A stretch of DNA of 64,000 nt from contig NW_027192195.1 of the NCBI RefSeq assembly GCF_041956535.1, positions 715,533-779,532 on the forward strand. The letters run 5' to 3'. The first letter of the stretch is position 1. Every line of letters starts with the position of its first letter. The notes under the pieces are model-generated. The model made no database searches and was not told the origin of the DNA. It saw only the letters and a list, made by a program, of their open reading frames with translations. Positions 24,934-37,938 of the stretch are shown in pieces. The DNA comes from Calcarisporiella thermophila CBS 279.70 (Eukaryota; Fungi; Calcarisporiellomycota). The position numbers were made by a program, and so were the translations under genes.

Positions 24934-25233
24934 TTATGTTGAATTATCACTCGTACTCAACACTGTAATTCATATTGGCTTTGTGGCTTGGCTATAATGG
25001 TGGCAAATCAAAACACATTATACTGTTTAGCCACGAAGTAATAAAATAACATGGAGAGTAGAATATAAGTTAGAAAAGGGATATTTAAAATAAGATAGTC
25101 GCATAAAAAAACTAGGAAAATGTTAAAAGTAAAGGAGCGCGGCAAACAATATATACAAATATTAGTGGTTTTTTTTAATAGTACCATCTTTAAAAGAGTC
25201 ATTCAGCAAATAAATATAAGGAAATTACAAATA

Positions 25234-28200
25234 CTAGAGGGTAGGTATAGGTTTGCGATGTCTCGAATTCTCGCTCCTACTCAGTCTTAACAGGTCACTC
25301 AAACTTCGACTTGCTCCAGCAATGGCACCGATGTCTTCACCATTTCTCTCCTCTTCTCGTGGCTCCACGCTCAAACTCCATTCATATAGTTCGGATGCAT
25401 CTTCGAGGCGACATTTTCCGGAAGAATCGAGGAGGATCGTCTTCAGATATGTCTGCACTTCTTCAATCTCTTGCAACGCATAAGGAATTTGGAAACGCTG
25501 CACATCCAACACTATGCGCGCGACCTTCATATATTTGTCGAAGTTTATGAGTCGCTTGTTCCCCGACGGGGACACTCGGAACGAAGGATTTCCATCATTG
25601 ACGAAAATTAAATCCGTCAAATAAACGCCCAAAAATGGCAACGACGGCGCAGCGAGTAAATTAAGCCTGGCACGATAGGTGGCAAAGTTGCGGCTATGGT
25701 CCATGGCCTTGCAAAGTGACTCGAAAGATACCTTCGATTTTGTGGAAAGAGATTCCCAAGTGCGTCGAAGGCGCGTAATCGTCGTTGAGTTCAACGCACA
25801 CACGATGGACATGAGTGTGCTGAAGTTGCTGAGTTTCATGCAATATTCTCCCACTTTGATCCAGAAGCGAATTATGGAAGCCCTTCGCCTTGCATCCGCT
25901 CCCATCCGAAGAACAGTTGAGATGATCCAAGAGGTCATTCGTGTACTCAAATGGCCCATCTGCCTAATGTTGTCCTCGCCAATATCTTTCTTAGCATGCC
26001 TTGCGATGAGCTCGGAAGGTTGAATGCGTCGATACAGTCTACTCTCGAAGAGCGTGAGCTGGCGTGCCATCTCCAGCGGATCAAAGTTAGTCACGTTTAT
26101 CTGGCACGAACTAGGATCAAAAGCGTTGCGAAGAGTGTAGAGAAGTTGCTTGGAGATTTGAGGCACAGGTACATCGACATCCACCATTTTCGCCTCAGCG
26201 TCATCAGCCTCTTTTTCAGCGCCTTCCCCTACCACTTTGTAGTCGTGTGATTGGGCATATCTTGGCCGTACTAATCGCGTCGACTTTCGTAAGCGTTTAT
26301 TGTGGATCAACTCCAACATCCGGTTCGCTGCCAACGCGGGGACCCCCATTTGATCCAGCGCGGTTGCCCACTCTTCCAAGTATTTAAGCACCACTTGATC
26401 CTGTGTTTCCCAATAGGTTTCGAGCCAGGCCTTAATTACATTGTATACGCGTAACTGCAAGGGAATCTGCACACTTTGACGCCATACCCTCATCTCTTCA
26501 TCATTTAATCTATTGGGCGGGGACAATCGAAATCGATTCATAAGTTGCTCACAGAGCTCAAGTGGGGTGCAAAATAACCGGAACGTAAGGAAGAATGCAT
26601 TAAAGTAGAGTGCATCCGGCGTGGCGTCATGAGTCGTAAGTCGTTCAACCAGTGCCTCAAGGGTCGCAGCATAGACATGGCCATCGGCTGAAAATTGGAT
26701 TTCCTCGGGGTTGGATACAGGCTTAAGAAACCAAATCTTATCTTTTTGATCCTTGGAAATGGACGGCGAGCTTGCCCGATGCTTGAGCGTTCCCGTAGGA
26801 TGCTGTTTGCGAGTCATGGTGGGAGATTTCTGGGAAGAAATAAACGATACGACCCGCGAGGAGCCAACAGAAGATGAGCGCGAAGAGGAGAGGGGGTTTA
26901 GCCAGGAGATGGGAGCCCGCTTGCGGAAAGGAGAAGAGCTCGGCCTTTCTTGGTGAGATTGCAGCAGCTCCAGACTTTGATTCCGGGGGGGGATCTCTAT
27001 TCCTAAAGAGGACAGGCGTGGACCTTTCGTTGGCGGCTGAATTAAGCTCGAATCAGCTTCAGCGCAGGAATATTGGCGGAGAGTCGAAATAACATCAAGA
27101 TTTTCTGGATGAATGAATGGATAGGTACTGTTCGAAATTGCAGACGTGATAGTCGCATATGGATTAGCCATCGCTTCAGCCGTAGGTGTCGTGACAGCGG
27201 AAGTTCTACTTTCATCCATCCCTTGGCATAAACCCGTGGGCGCACCACACTTAAGATCGGCAATCGTGTTCTTATCCCGATTTCTCCATTCTCTGATTTC
27301 TTCTCTCTTCTCGTCAGTAGCGTCTGCATCCAACCCAATCTCACTAGCAAACTGCTCACGTAAACAATTTAGGCAAAGAGCTTTGCGCTCCAGGAAGCTA
27401 AGTGTAAACTTGCTACGCTTCATAGAAACCCCTGGGTTGTTGTTGGTTTGATAGGGCACCTCCGATATAGTAAAGAGCAGCTGATGGTAGGAATCAAGGC
27501 TTTCATTTGCAATAGCGATGAGGTCACATGTTGCGCGTACTACAGCTGAGCAACACTCTGTTAAATGTGTTCGGTCGTCTTCATCTTCAGAACTCCACTC
27601 TTCCGGCTTTGGAGAGTTCTCATCTTGAACGCGTTTATCCCGAATAACGCCTGTCGAGAAAACGCGAGCAGCAGTAACTAAATTGCTTGTGGTCATATAC
27701 AGCCTTCTCTTAGCGTTACAAAGGGCGATGATTCGATATTTCCGCCCGGCAATAGACGTGGGAATCTGTGGAGATGTTATTTTCTCGGCATCAGAGGATG
27801 AAAGCGGCATCACACACGTATCACGCATAGTCAGTAGCTCAAGCATTCTCTCCACCACCGAGAGCAGCTCCTTCACAAAGCAGACTGCGTCCTGCGTGAT
27901 TTTGAGTAACATCACCGCCGTTGGCTTAGTTGGGGGTGGCGATTCATTTTGCATGAAGCCCACGAGACGGGCGATCCTCGACACGATAGAGTCGTAGTGA
28001 GAAGTGAGCACTTCCGGTGTCACTTTCACTTGGTTAGATGTCCCGGTGGAGGGAAGCGAGGTGGAGGAGGAGGTTTGTGAGAGAGTTCTTGGGCTAGAGC
28101 TCCAGGGCGAAGTCAAACTTGCGTCATTGCTCTCCAACCAGCCTTGGGGAATGGTGCGTGCAAAGGCGACGAAAGATCTGGCGGCTCCTAAAAGCTGCTG

Positions 28201-28956
28201 CCCACACATCCGGATATGCTCGGCCTTATCTGGAAGATGCTCTTCCGATCTACAGTTTACGCTTAGTGCGGACAAGGTTTCCAACACCATTCTTCGCTCC
28301 GCACCCAATCGCGGAAACTTCTCAATTACGACGCTGGTGCTCTTTGTGACTCCTGCTGCCACAAGCAGAGCCCGCACCTCCCATATGATCTGACGAAGCA
28401 AAGAGGGAATCCGAGTAGCCACACCTAGCCGTACCGCAGTATCGAGGGAGGAGAGGGTGGATGAAATATTACTGACGTGCAAGTCCAGCATTGATGTTCC
28501 CGAGCAGCTTTGACAGGATTTGTATAAAGCGTTCTCAGCCTCTTTATCGGCGGTCATTCCTGAGTCGCTCTCTAATCCGTTTGGCTTCAGCGTCGCGACG
28601 CGTTGGTTCTCATCCTATTGTCGGGATACGCATTGGCGGGTTTACTTGCCGGAAGGCTAGGTTTGATGGATAGAGGATAAACTTACATTGCTGCACAGGC
28701 TTTCTTCTTGCACAGTATAATTACTTGGGAACCAGCCACGTCGTCCCAAGCATTCGCCATACCACCATCCACTTTCATCTCGATGCAACACCTGAATCCT
28801 TTCACCGCTCTGGAAAGTGAGGTAGTCCGCGGAGGGATCCTGTTCTGGTGCAAAATCATGCAATGCGTAGGCAAACATCGGCGTATCGGCTGCCCTCGAC
28901 GGAACTGTGTTTGAACTTACGACGTATTGATCATGAGCTGGGCTTTCATTAGGCAT
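25234..28956 (-). CDS. CDC25: Ras guanine-nucleotide exchange factor (SH3 + REM + CDC25 domain)
   Basis: SH3 AYALHDF...DESGWWYG...GWFPSNY; intron 28686-28615; REM ATLEALVERLT...FFLTFRLF; GEF domain DPLEMARQLT, NFSTLMSIVCALNS, LPFLGVYLTDLIFVNDGNP, LINFDKY, SLSVEPR. Start codon uncertain. Confidence 0.9.
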
Positions 28957-29448
28957 GGGATTGGAGGGGGATAAGCATGTTATGACGCGGAGATTGGATA
29001 TGGTTAAAGCTTACTTTGTGCGGGCAATACTAAGGATGGAAACCACGTTGTTTTTGAACTTTGGTGCACCTTCGCTATTGGGGTGCGACATGAGAGCTTC
29101 TGTTTATCTTAGATAATTGTGGAAGAATAGGGGCTAAAAAAAAAGGTGTTCTTCTCATTAAACAAAGGGAGCTAACATATAAAACAAAAGTGGACATAGC
29201 CTTGTGAGGAGCTTCTCCAATGAGGCCATGCTAGCTCACCTTAGTGGTACAAATAGAATTCAGCAGGCTATGGTTCGTTTCAAACAGTGTTCCCGAGGTT
29301 TTGGGAGGAATTGCAGGAATGCCATTGAACACGAAGAGTAGTAATGAGGAAAGGACTGCTTATATATTAATTGGTTCTCGGCACAGAAGAAAGGGGCCAT
29401 AAGAGGACTGTTTGACAAAAAGATGGTGTTAGATAGTACAAGCAAAGG

Positions 29449-29477
29449 AAAAAAAAAAAAAAAAAAAAAAAAAAAAA
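29449..29477. repeat. Poly(A) tract (about 29 nt)
   Basis: Homopolymer run upstream of the RasGEF CDS; reads as poly-T on the coding strand. Confidence 0.85.
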
Positions 29478-30343
29478 CAAAGAGAACAAGATAATAATAT
29501 CCCCCTTTTTCCGTTTCTCAGGTGTGATAGGGAGAGCAAGGGAGCGGGGGAGGGAGAAAAGGTGATCTTTACCGTGATCAAGCAGCTACACACAGACGCA
29601 CGCAGAGAGAGGGGAAAGAGCAGGGTCTTTATTCTAAACTAGGCGTAAGCTGCATGCAAGATATCTGGTCTTTGCTTGCCAGAATCCTGGACGGATCGAG
29701 TGTCTGGATCTTTCGCGCTCGTCTTCGGGTTGAAGTACCAGAAGCTCGGATAAGCTTTGCTTTCGGGAAAAGAGCCCCGGCAACACTGGAGATTGAGTTT
29801 GAAAGCGTGTTTGTTTTGACAAGAGATCGGGCTTGTAATGCATTCTATATTTATACTTTGGGGGTTAATGAAAGCGCGTTCGCGAAGCCGCCCAAGCTCT
29901 GCTGCCATGGAAAATCTCTTCTATTTCCGTCTTGGCCATTTCAGGCTCTCTCCCCACTATTGGGAACGCCTGGTTCCAAAAAAATTACAGGCTTGTGACA
30001 CCGCGGCCCATTTTCAAGCCCCATCTCCTAGCAAAGGTTTTACCCCCATCAAATGCCTCCCAAAAATCGCTTCCTATTTATAGGCAATGAGGGGCATCTC
30101 GATTATCAAAGACTGGATGCGAGCGGATGGCGCCCGATAATCCGCTCCCCTTTGAGATTTGTCGATGATAGTCAAACATCTTCGAAATTTCCCCTTTTCT
30201 TTCCCCCCGAGCTCATCCTCTTCCCCCTCAAGGCAATCACGCCTGTGGGTCTTCATTCGATGTATAGCCCCACCAATGTTTAGAGCATCTACAGTGAAAT
30301 TTCCTTTTTATTCCACACCCAAAAAACATGAATCGTCAGCCTC

Positions 30344-31965
30344 TCATTCGTCCGCTCTCCTACAGGACCAAGCAAATTCCCTTGTGAATATCCCTTGTGA
30401 ATATGGATGAAGCGTGAGGAAAAGATGGCTTACCATAGATGCAAAGAATGGTCGTAAAATGAGCAGCTACCAATGAGGCTAGTACTCGGATCGTAGCACC
30501 AATCCACACCATACGCAAGCGACTGATGCTCTAGAAACTCAGTTTCTCCTCTCATGCCTTTGTATCCTGTCCAGTATACGCAAAATGAGATGAGGCTAAC
30601 CAAAAACAAGCGCACACAATAGATACCGTGTTCACACCGAAGCACGAAGAACCCCGCGTGCATGCTTGCAACCAGGAGTCGCTCCTTGTCTGTGGGGTGC
30701 CACTTAATTCGCCATACGCCGCCCCCCGTGTGGAAATGGCAGAGGGGGCGCGCCATGTTGCGCCTGTCCCACAGCAACACGTTCTCGTCATAACTTATTC
30801 ACAAATAAAAAGGAGGTGAGCGAGGAGGGCGCGAGAGGATTTGAAGAGAAACAGGATGAACTCACCTCCCGGTAGCAAGGATGTTCTCCTCAAGCGGGTG
30901 GCTTTGAATACTGCACACCCCCATCTCGTGTCTACATGATACACGTTAACCCTGTTACAAATGATAGTGACTAATGGCTCATCACCTCTTGCTCACGAAC
31001 GTAGGCTGGGTCAGCGCCCTCAAATCCCACCCCTTTAACCTGCAGTCGTCTCCACCTAGAAACTTTGAATTGGCCTCAGCCATTGATTGACCTCATGTCC
31101 ACCCATAAATAGCACAGACCTGTATAAATGAGACTGGGGTTCCAATAATCGTATGCCGCAATCCACGCCTCGTAGTCATGAGCATGCCACCGCGCTTTCT
31201 CTCTAAATTCAACCGTGCTATCTAATGACACGACGCAGGCCTCTCCCGACGAAAGCGAGACTACGATGTCAGGATCGGTGCTGGATGTATGCTTCAATTA
31301 GTCTAATCGATCAGCCATTTTTCTTCGGAGGAGCACTTGCCTCGGTTGAACACGATTCGACCAATCCAACGATAAACAGAGTTTCCCGTCATTGGATACC
31401 TCATATCTGGACACCATGTCCAGGCAGGGCTGGGAAAAAAAGGGTTAAGAAAATGGTATACAGAGTCGGAATTCGCTAGCCGGGCCATACCTTGGCGCTC
31501 TCAAGGGCGTAGAGTGAAAGTTGTCCGGCCGCGTCTGCAAGAGCAAGCAATTTGCGCCCGGCTATCGGTTGATGGCACCTTTTTTACACAATATTTATTC
31601 ATGTGTGGGATAAAAGGCGGCCTGCCATAAGATAAGTATTACCATTTGGAATCCAGTATGGCTGCTGTTTCGATTCTCTGTATCTGATCTCTAGTATGTA
31701 TTGTCACAAAAACTTAGTATTCACGGTTGCTATTAAGACCTATCTAAGGTGATGAATACATTTTCATCTCGCCGCGGTCTTTTGCCTCGCACAGAAGCAA
31801 TTTCCCGACTCGTTTCTTTGGTGCATCGGGATCGCCACTTTCTTCATTATCCTTTAATTGATAGGTGCAGCAGGCAAAATATCTTGCTGCATCGCTAAAC
31901 GGACAGAACTCTACCGAATCAGCACTGTATTCGGTGTCGAAATGACAGAGCGATGGAGCGCGCAT
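30344..31965 (-). CDS. DPH7: Diphthine methylesterase, WD40 (Dph7/Rrt2)
   Basis: DTEYSADSVEFCP, CCTYQL, AHDYEAWIAAYDYW, GGGVWRIKWHP, ASMHAGF, HQSLAYGVDW, SCSFYDHSLHLW; last exon W|RADE*. Confidence 0.92.
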
Positions 31966-32535
31966 TTTGAGAATTTTAATATTATACTCGAGGCATGCCT
32001 AATAAATATGTGACTCGCATTTGTGACCTCATTGGTAATACATATTATAGGGTTGGCTCTGCGTGCCAATTTCTTGAACATAAGAGCAAGTTATTTTAGT
32101 AGTTTCATTTAGCATATAAAACATACATGTATATCCCAGACTACCTTTTGGCGATCTTCCTAAGGAACCGCTTAGGGGAAGTAAGGTATAAAATGTGGAT
32201 GATCAGAATGCAGTAAGGAAGCTGGATGAAGAGAAAGAGTCAGAGATTAGGTGTCGGTCAACAATAAATATTAATAATACCCGTCCCCCGCAGAAATCGC
32301 GAAAGAGAATATCGAACAGGGCTTTAATCTCGTTAAATTCATATGCCTGAGAGCATGTTAATAGAGTTTGAAAAAGGAAATTGTTTTGCACTTGCCGAAC
32401 GTGTCTTCGAAAATCCACGGCGTATGTAGAAAAAACCGTCAACTATTGAAAAGGGCTATGATAAACTTCACAGACATATTTTCACGTTATTAATATCCGG
32501 CATTGACTCGACTTCGTTCAAAAAAAAAACATATA

Positions 32536-34017
32536 ATGCCACAATATAGCCCATTCTCCTACTTACGCAAGCATCTCCGAGCATGGTGTTTAGTTTGAAT
32601 GAATCTCGGAATTAACTCTCGACCTCCCTTGTAGAACGATTAATAATGTTCACTTATCTTGCTCTGTGGACATTATGGCACATATATCGAATCGACCGCT
32701 TCTCCTTCGTGACCCTCTCTGGTTTACGCAAGGGAGAGCTACGTCTCATTGTTTCGATATTAGCTCTTTTCGCCTTCATATTTCAATTCATCTATGATGC
32801 ATCGAGAACACACTTGAAATATTTTGTATATATGACACTCTAGTGTTACAACAAGAAAGGCATACGAACTAACATCCCACTGTCACCTATCCTTATAGGG
32901 CGAACCCATGCCAGATTCAGAATGGTCAGACTCGAGTAAAACTTTGCAAGCTGTTGCTGATTATTTTGAGATGGTCTGCCTCTCGCTACAGACTAGTACA
33001 TTATTTCTCCTTCAGGCAAATAGATACCCATTTCGTTTAGGACCACTCTATAATTGTATATCATTTTGGTGTATATTAGGTCTTTTGGAATTATATCGCA
33101 AGGTCCTATACCAATGCAAGCTTTATGTCGAGCATAGAGTTTAAGTTATATATCATTTGGAGCATTGTCAGTGTTGCTTTTTTCCCCTTATTGCGCTTTA
33201 TCTTTGAAAATGACTCAGTAAAGCGCGAAATGGTATAGCCTTGACCATTTGCTAGCAGTTCCTTGTCTCCCTCTTTGATGATTATCGAGTATTTTTTTTA
33301 TACTAGTTCCCACAGCTTGCCTATGGAATAGAGCTATTAGTGGTCGCATTTCTCGGGCTTTCTTCTCACCACCGCTTTCTTATTCTCATCAACGAGTGTA
33401 TGCCTGCATGCGAAACATCAGGCACATCCCACGTCTACTTTATGGATCATCTAAGGGATGTCAATCTCTATCTAACCACGGCACTTATCGCCAATGCTAT
33501 TTCCCTTATGGCCCTCGCTATTGATGACTTATCGGGAGCCATGCATTTTAGTAACATGACTTTCATGAGTGACCTTCTTATCATGAATGTTAATTTTACC
33601 GGGTTCGTGGTCTGGCTCAGCGTCATTCAAGTCCTGCATTCAAAATACAAAACCAGGATGGCACCCACCACGACTGATCCGGGACTTCGTGGAACGAATA
33701 AGAACGCAACCACTCCTTCGATGTATGTTGAACCCGACTCTTGCACGATGTCCGACAGTTGCCTACATGATAGCAGGAGGCAATTAAATTGGAGCCCAAT
33801 ATTTGGAAAGGCTTTTGAGGAGGATGAAGCTGCTGACCATAAAGTCTATTCTTTCATGGTGGATCCCCAACTCCAACCCCCAATATCCAACTATAACGGG
33901 CCTAGGAGAGCGATTTATAACTTGAAAACCTCATCGGAGACCGATTTACTAGGGAGAAGCGTACACGATTTTCAGGCCCGCTCCAAGACCAAACGACATA
34001 CTAATTTCCACAGATGA
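32536..34017 (+). CDS. Uncharacterised fungal multipass membrane protein
   Basis: About 6-7 hydrophobic segments joined by splicing (LWHIYRIDRF, LFLLQ|VFWNYIA, FMSSIEFKLYIIWS) and a hydrophilic C-tail. The model requires two GC-AG introns. Confidence 0.7.
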
Positions 34018-34340
34018 CAGAGGCAAGATGGATATGTTTAGGTTGATTGAGGATGAATCATTGCGACTATAGCCGACACTATGGTTTTCTCTAGTTTCAA
34101 TACTCCCCCTCCCCTAAATTTTCTGGCTATATTTGCAAAATATAGTTTGATAGTATCATGGGGATAACATGGGTTATTTTGACATTTTTGCTGTTATAAC
34201 TAGTAAACTATTGTTTAAATAAAATGAGTGTAGGTAAATAGCAATGTACAACACGGCAAAGAGCCATATCCTCTAGCGCGGGAAAATAAAGTGGTATATA
34301 CTGGGTGATGTATCCGCGGCCGATTATCTAAAGTTCTACA

Positions 34341-35071
34341 CTATTGATTCATGTACGCTAGCCATGCTCGTCTCCTCTCTCTATCCCGCTTTTCCATCCG
34401 CACAATGTCTTTGCGTGTAAGCCTCTGCTGCTCCTATAGATGGATGGAAGAAATAAATGTCGGATATTAGATACCCTAATCTCGTTTGAAAGCTCAGGGT
34501 CGTATATTACCTTAATTACACGCGATATTTCCACCTCTTCTGCAGTATGAGTTACTCTCTTCTTTTCCTTCTCGCCTCCAATTCCCGCCCGATCCTTCTT
34601 GAGACGAGTCGCAATGGGCACACGTCGGCCCTCACCCGTAGGCCCAAGCCCACTTTCGTAGTTCCACCCCGAAGACTGGAGTATTCGAAAACCACGATTT
34701 TCACCTGTTAAATGTAAAGGATCGGGCACCGAAGGGTATTGTACTGCAGTAAGATGAGCAGTACCACGTTCATGCTCGATGCGAGAAATCGCTGCGGGAA
34801 TATCTATATCACAGGCATCACAATGCCAGCGTGCTTGATCATAGGGTTGCATGGAATCGTTGTCCTGTGGTTCTGGAGATTCTGGGGCCGGGGAAGCTGA
34901 GGTGAAGAGAGATCGGTAGAAGAGTGATATATCATCGTCAGAGGAGGTAGAGGGGAGATTCGGAACGCTCGATGATGCAGGAACAAATGCTATGGGTTTT
35001 GCATAAAGATGCGCAACAGGCTTGTTTCTCTCGCGGGGTTTAGGATCGGTTGTATTATCTTGTTCTGACAT
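34341..35071 (-). CDS. G-patch domain protein with a zinc-finger-like motif (GPANK1-like, no ankyrin repeats)
   Basis: WHCDAC...HERGTAHL; G-patch ENRGFRILQSSGWNYESGLGPTGEGRRVPIATRLKKDRAGIG; RVTH; spliced C-terminus RRRAWLAYMNQ*. Confidence 0.85.
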
Positions 35072-35545
35072 GATCTAAGAGTTATTTTTTTTAGTCGCAA
35101 TGAAAAGTTAAATCTAGGACTTGGCAGTGATTCAAATTTATTTTTGATTGGGCCGAGCCGGAAGTAGACTGCTCTGACTGATATTACGTGTGTAACGAAT
35201 TAGTTGCCTTAGCTTCAGGATTATAGTATAACGAAAATGCATCGAATATATACACTACATATGCTGTGAGCGACGAAAGGTAATATCAAGCATTTCTCTT
35301 GCTCTAAACTGTACTTTTCTCTTCTGTCTATAGAAAATATTTTATTCTGCTCTCACACCCAGCGCCTACTCTGTTTCATTATATCACCCTCTTTAATCAT
35401 TCAGTCGCTCTTTGGGAGAATAGCTTTTCTATTAATCCTATTTTATGACTGCTCTCTAATCTTTTCTTTCTTATCACACCTCTTGGCCCGGGATATAAAT
35501 GAAATTCTAGTTTTCTTGCATATAGTAGAGATCGCTAATTCAAGC

Positions 35546-36481
35546 ATGAGAAAGACAACAGTTTTATCTCCAAGAAGTTTTCCTCGTATCTCTAAATACT
35601 GGAAATCCTCACTGGCACCGATCACCCCGCCACCATCGCCAAATACATCAAAGTCAAGAATTACTAGCCAATTGGTCAATGAAAATGATCCCCCATGGAC
35701 TGGCGATGAGTCAATCCAAGACTCAGTGCTTCGCATGCTAATCGACAAGTATCCTCGACCCCTTCCCTCAACCTCTATTCGCTCCATCGATCCTCGCCCC
35801 CCGGAACGACGTCCCGTCATGATACAGCTCGAGAATGAGATTCAAACTCAAAGAAAGAAGAAAAAGCCGTCTCCCAGCCGTCAGGAACGACTTGATGCAT
35901 CGCGTGACCGTGCAATCGTCTATGCAAGCACCAAACAGATAGAAACTTCTTCCCCCAATCCTCGTCCATCGACCCTTGCTGGCTGGCGATCTCTAGTTGA
36001 ACAACGTATCAATGAGGCTCAGGAGCGAGGGGAGTTTGCTCACTTGCCTGGTCTTGGAAAGCCACTGCCTACGGATCCGGCTCAAGAAAACCCATGGATT
36101 GACCGTACTGAAGCCCTGATGAATCGCCTCATCAAGCGTCAAAATGCTGCCCCTCCCTTTGTTGAGATGCAACGTGATATGAATGAGGCAATAGAGGATT
36201 TTCGACGCCGTTTGCGCGACGACTATGCACGGTTTCTCAAAGCATTTGGACCTGGTGAATCCCAACGATTTCAAAAAGAACGGCAGGCCTGGATCCGAGA
36301 GGGAGTCCTAAAGATAAACCGACAAATAGAAAACTATAATATAATTGCCCCGTTCTCCGCGCAAAGACTCTTGTTGACGGAAGAAACGGAATGGAAGCGA
36401 TTGGTACAAGATCAGGAATTAAATGCGAATCAACAAAAGAAGCAGGTGAAGAAAAAAGAGGACTCTAAGCCGACGCAGTAG
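35546..36481 (+). CDS. DUF1992 (DNAJC28-like domain) protein, possibly mitochondrial
   Basis: PWTGDESIQDSVLRMLIDKY, WRSLVEQRINEAQERGEFAHLPGLGKPL, NPWIDRTEALMNRLIKRQNAAPPFVE, INRQIENYNIIAP; basic N-terminus. Confidence 0.85.
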   Translation: MRKTTVLSPRSFPRISKYWKSSLAPITPPPSPNTSKSRITSQLVNENDPPWTGDESIQDSVLRMLIDKYPRPLPSTSIRSIDPRPPERRPVMIQLENEIQTQRKKKKPSPSRQERLDASRDRAIVYASTKQIETSSPNPRPSTLAGWRSLVEQRINEAQERGEFAHLPGLGKPLPTDPAQENPWIDRTEALMNRLIKRQNAAPPFVEMQRDMNEAIEDFRRRLRDDYARFLKAFGPGESQRFQKERQAWIREGVLKINRQIENYNIIAPFSAQRLLLTEETEWKRLVQDQELNANQQKKQVKKKEDSKPTQ

Positions 36482-37002
36482 AGGTGAGATAAAGAGAGAA
36501 TATTGTGTGTAGAGCGGTATTTAAGAAATGCTTTAAATGTTAATTTTATGCAGTAGAGTGTATTTTTATTATACTGTATTGTATTGAATGCGAATAGTAT
36601 TCACTAAAGTGTATCGTGCATATAATACTGTATTTGTATGCTACATTTGAGTGAAACTGCCCATTAGATGGTTAATTGAAAATTAAAGAAAAATATACAG
36701 ATATAACTATATTAACCCCAGTCAAGCTCTATCACTGTAAATTTATGTTGCAAAGTACAATAGGTGGAGTTAAATTAGTATTCTTCTATAGTACGTTTAC
36801 AAAGTATTATCATCACTGATTATAAAATAGTTAGATGAAGTAATGGCGTTTTCGCTAATATCAAAGCGTCTTCTTTCACAAAGCCAATCAGGACTCAGAT
36901 TGCAGGACAATACTTCCAAGTAAATCAAAATATTGGAATTAAGCTATTAAAAACAACCCCACCTTTGATTTATAAATTCACCCTCATCTCTTCAACAGTC
37001 TC

Positions 37003-37774
37003 ATGGGCAGAGATTCGCACTCGCGAACCGGAGAACTCGGCCATGATGCCAGAAATTATGGAGTAAATTCATTTCCCCCATTGCTCTTCTGTCCTCTTCG
37101 CTTCAGCAATTTCTGGAAATTTTTTTTAGGGTCTGTTCAAAGATAAAGACTGGAAATGCTCCGTGTGTGGTAATATCAATTGGGCAAAGCGAACAAATTG
37201 CAATATCTGCTCAACACTGAAGCCTGAAGTTCGCGCATCTCTTGGTGAGCGCACTGGGCGTGGGGGTGGATTTAAGGAACGAGATGACAAAGTTGAATAC
37301 CGTAGAAGAGATGACGACGATGAATGGGATGAGTTTGGAAGGAAAAAAAAGAAAAAGGGTGCGGTAGAATCCAAGAAAAATGAAGAAGATGAAAGACACT
37401 ATCGTGAAGAAGAGGAGGACGAGGATGAGGATGAGGATGAGGATGTAGATGTGTCTGCATGGGAGAAATTAATCAATGAGAAGCAAGATGCAAAACATGA
37501 AACGCGTGCTCGCTCGCGATCTCCAGAAAGACGACGCGGAAACAGATCCAGATCACGTTCCAGATCACGAGGCCGAGAAAGATTTCACACGCGTAATGGA
37601 TCGAGATCTCCTGGAAGAGAGTGGCGACGACGGAGAAGTCGTTCTCGTTCCAATGAGCGGAGGAGAAGCCGTTCTCGATCCAATGGACGGAGAAGAAGTA
37701 GGTCACGTTCTAGAGATAGGAGAGATCGAAAAAGGTATGGTTCTCGCTCACGGACACCACCGAGACGGAGATGA
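37003..37774 (+). CDS. ZRANB2: ZRANB2-like RanBP2 zinc-finger / RS-domain splicing factor
   Basis: GLFKDKDWKCSVCGNINWAKRTNCNIC, ERTGRGGGFKERDDKVEY, DEFGRKKKK, acidic tract, RS repeats; one intron at about 37063-37129. Confidence 0.85.
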
Positions 37775-37938
37775 AAACAATGTTCAGTGTGTTTGTTCCA
37801 GGATGTTTAGTGATGTTTAATAAAACTTGATCGCAATCATATTTCGGGGAGAGGAGTAATGGGGCAATAAATTATATCATTTTTGAATCGCTTTTAACAA
37901 CGGATACAGTGCCCCCTTGTTAAATCAACAGCAGCTCT

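Noticed and set aside
24999-25007. GGTGGCAAA (Rpn4/PACE) upstream of COX18
   Set aside because: The same 9-mer also occurs inside coding sequence nearby, and there is no functional rationale.
28615-28657. Apparent premature stop between the SH3 and GEF parts of the RasGEF
   Set aside because: Resolved by the downstream acceptor caatag at 28615 (72-nt intron).
29634-29998. Overlapping short ORFs upstream of the RasGEF gene
   Set aside because: No motifs or splice links; most likely promoter or 5'-UTR sequence.
37500-37770. Repetitive DNA suggestive of a repeat array
   Set aside because: It encodes the RS domain of the ZRANB2-like protein; not CRISPR or a mobile element.
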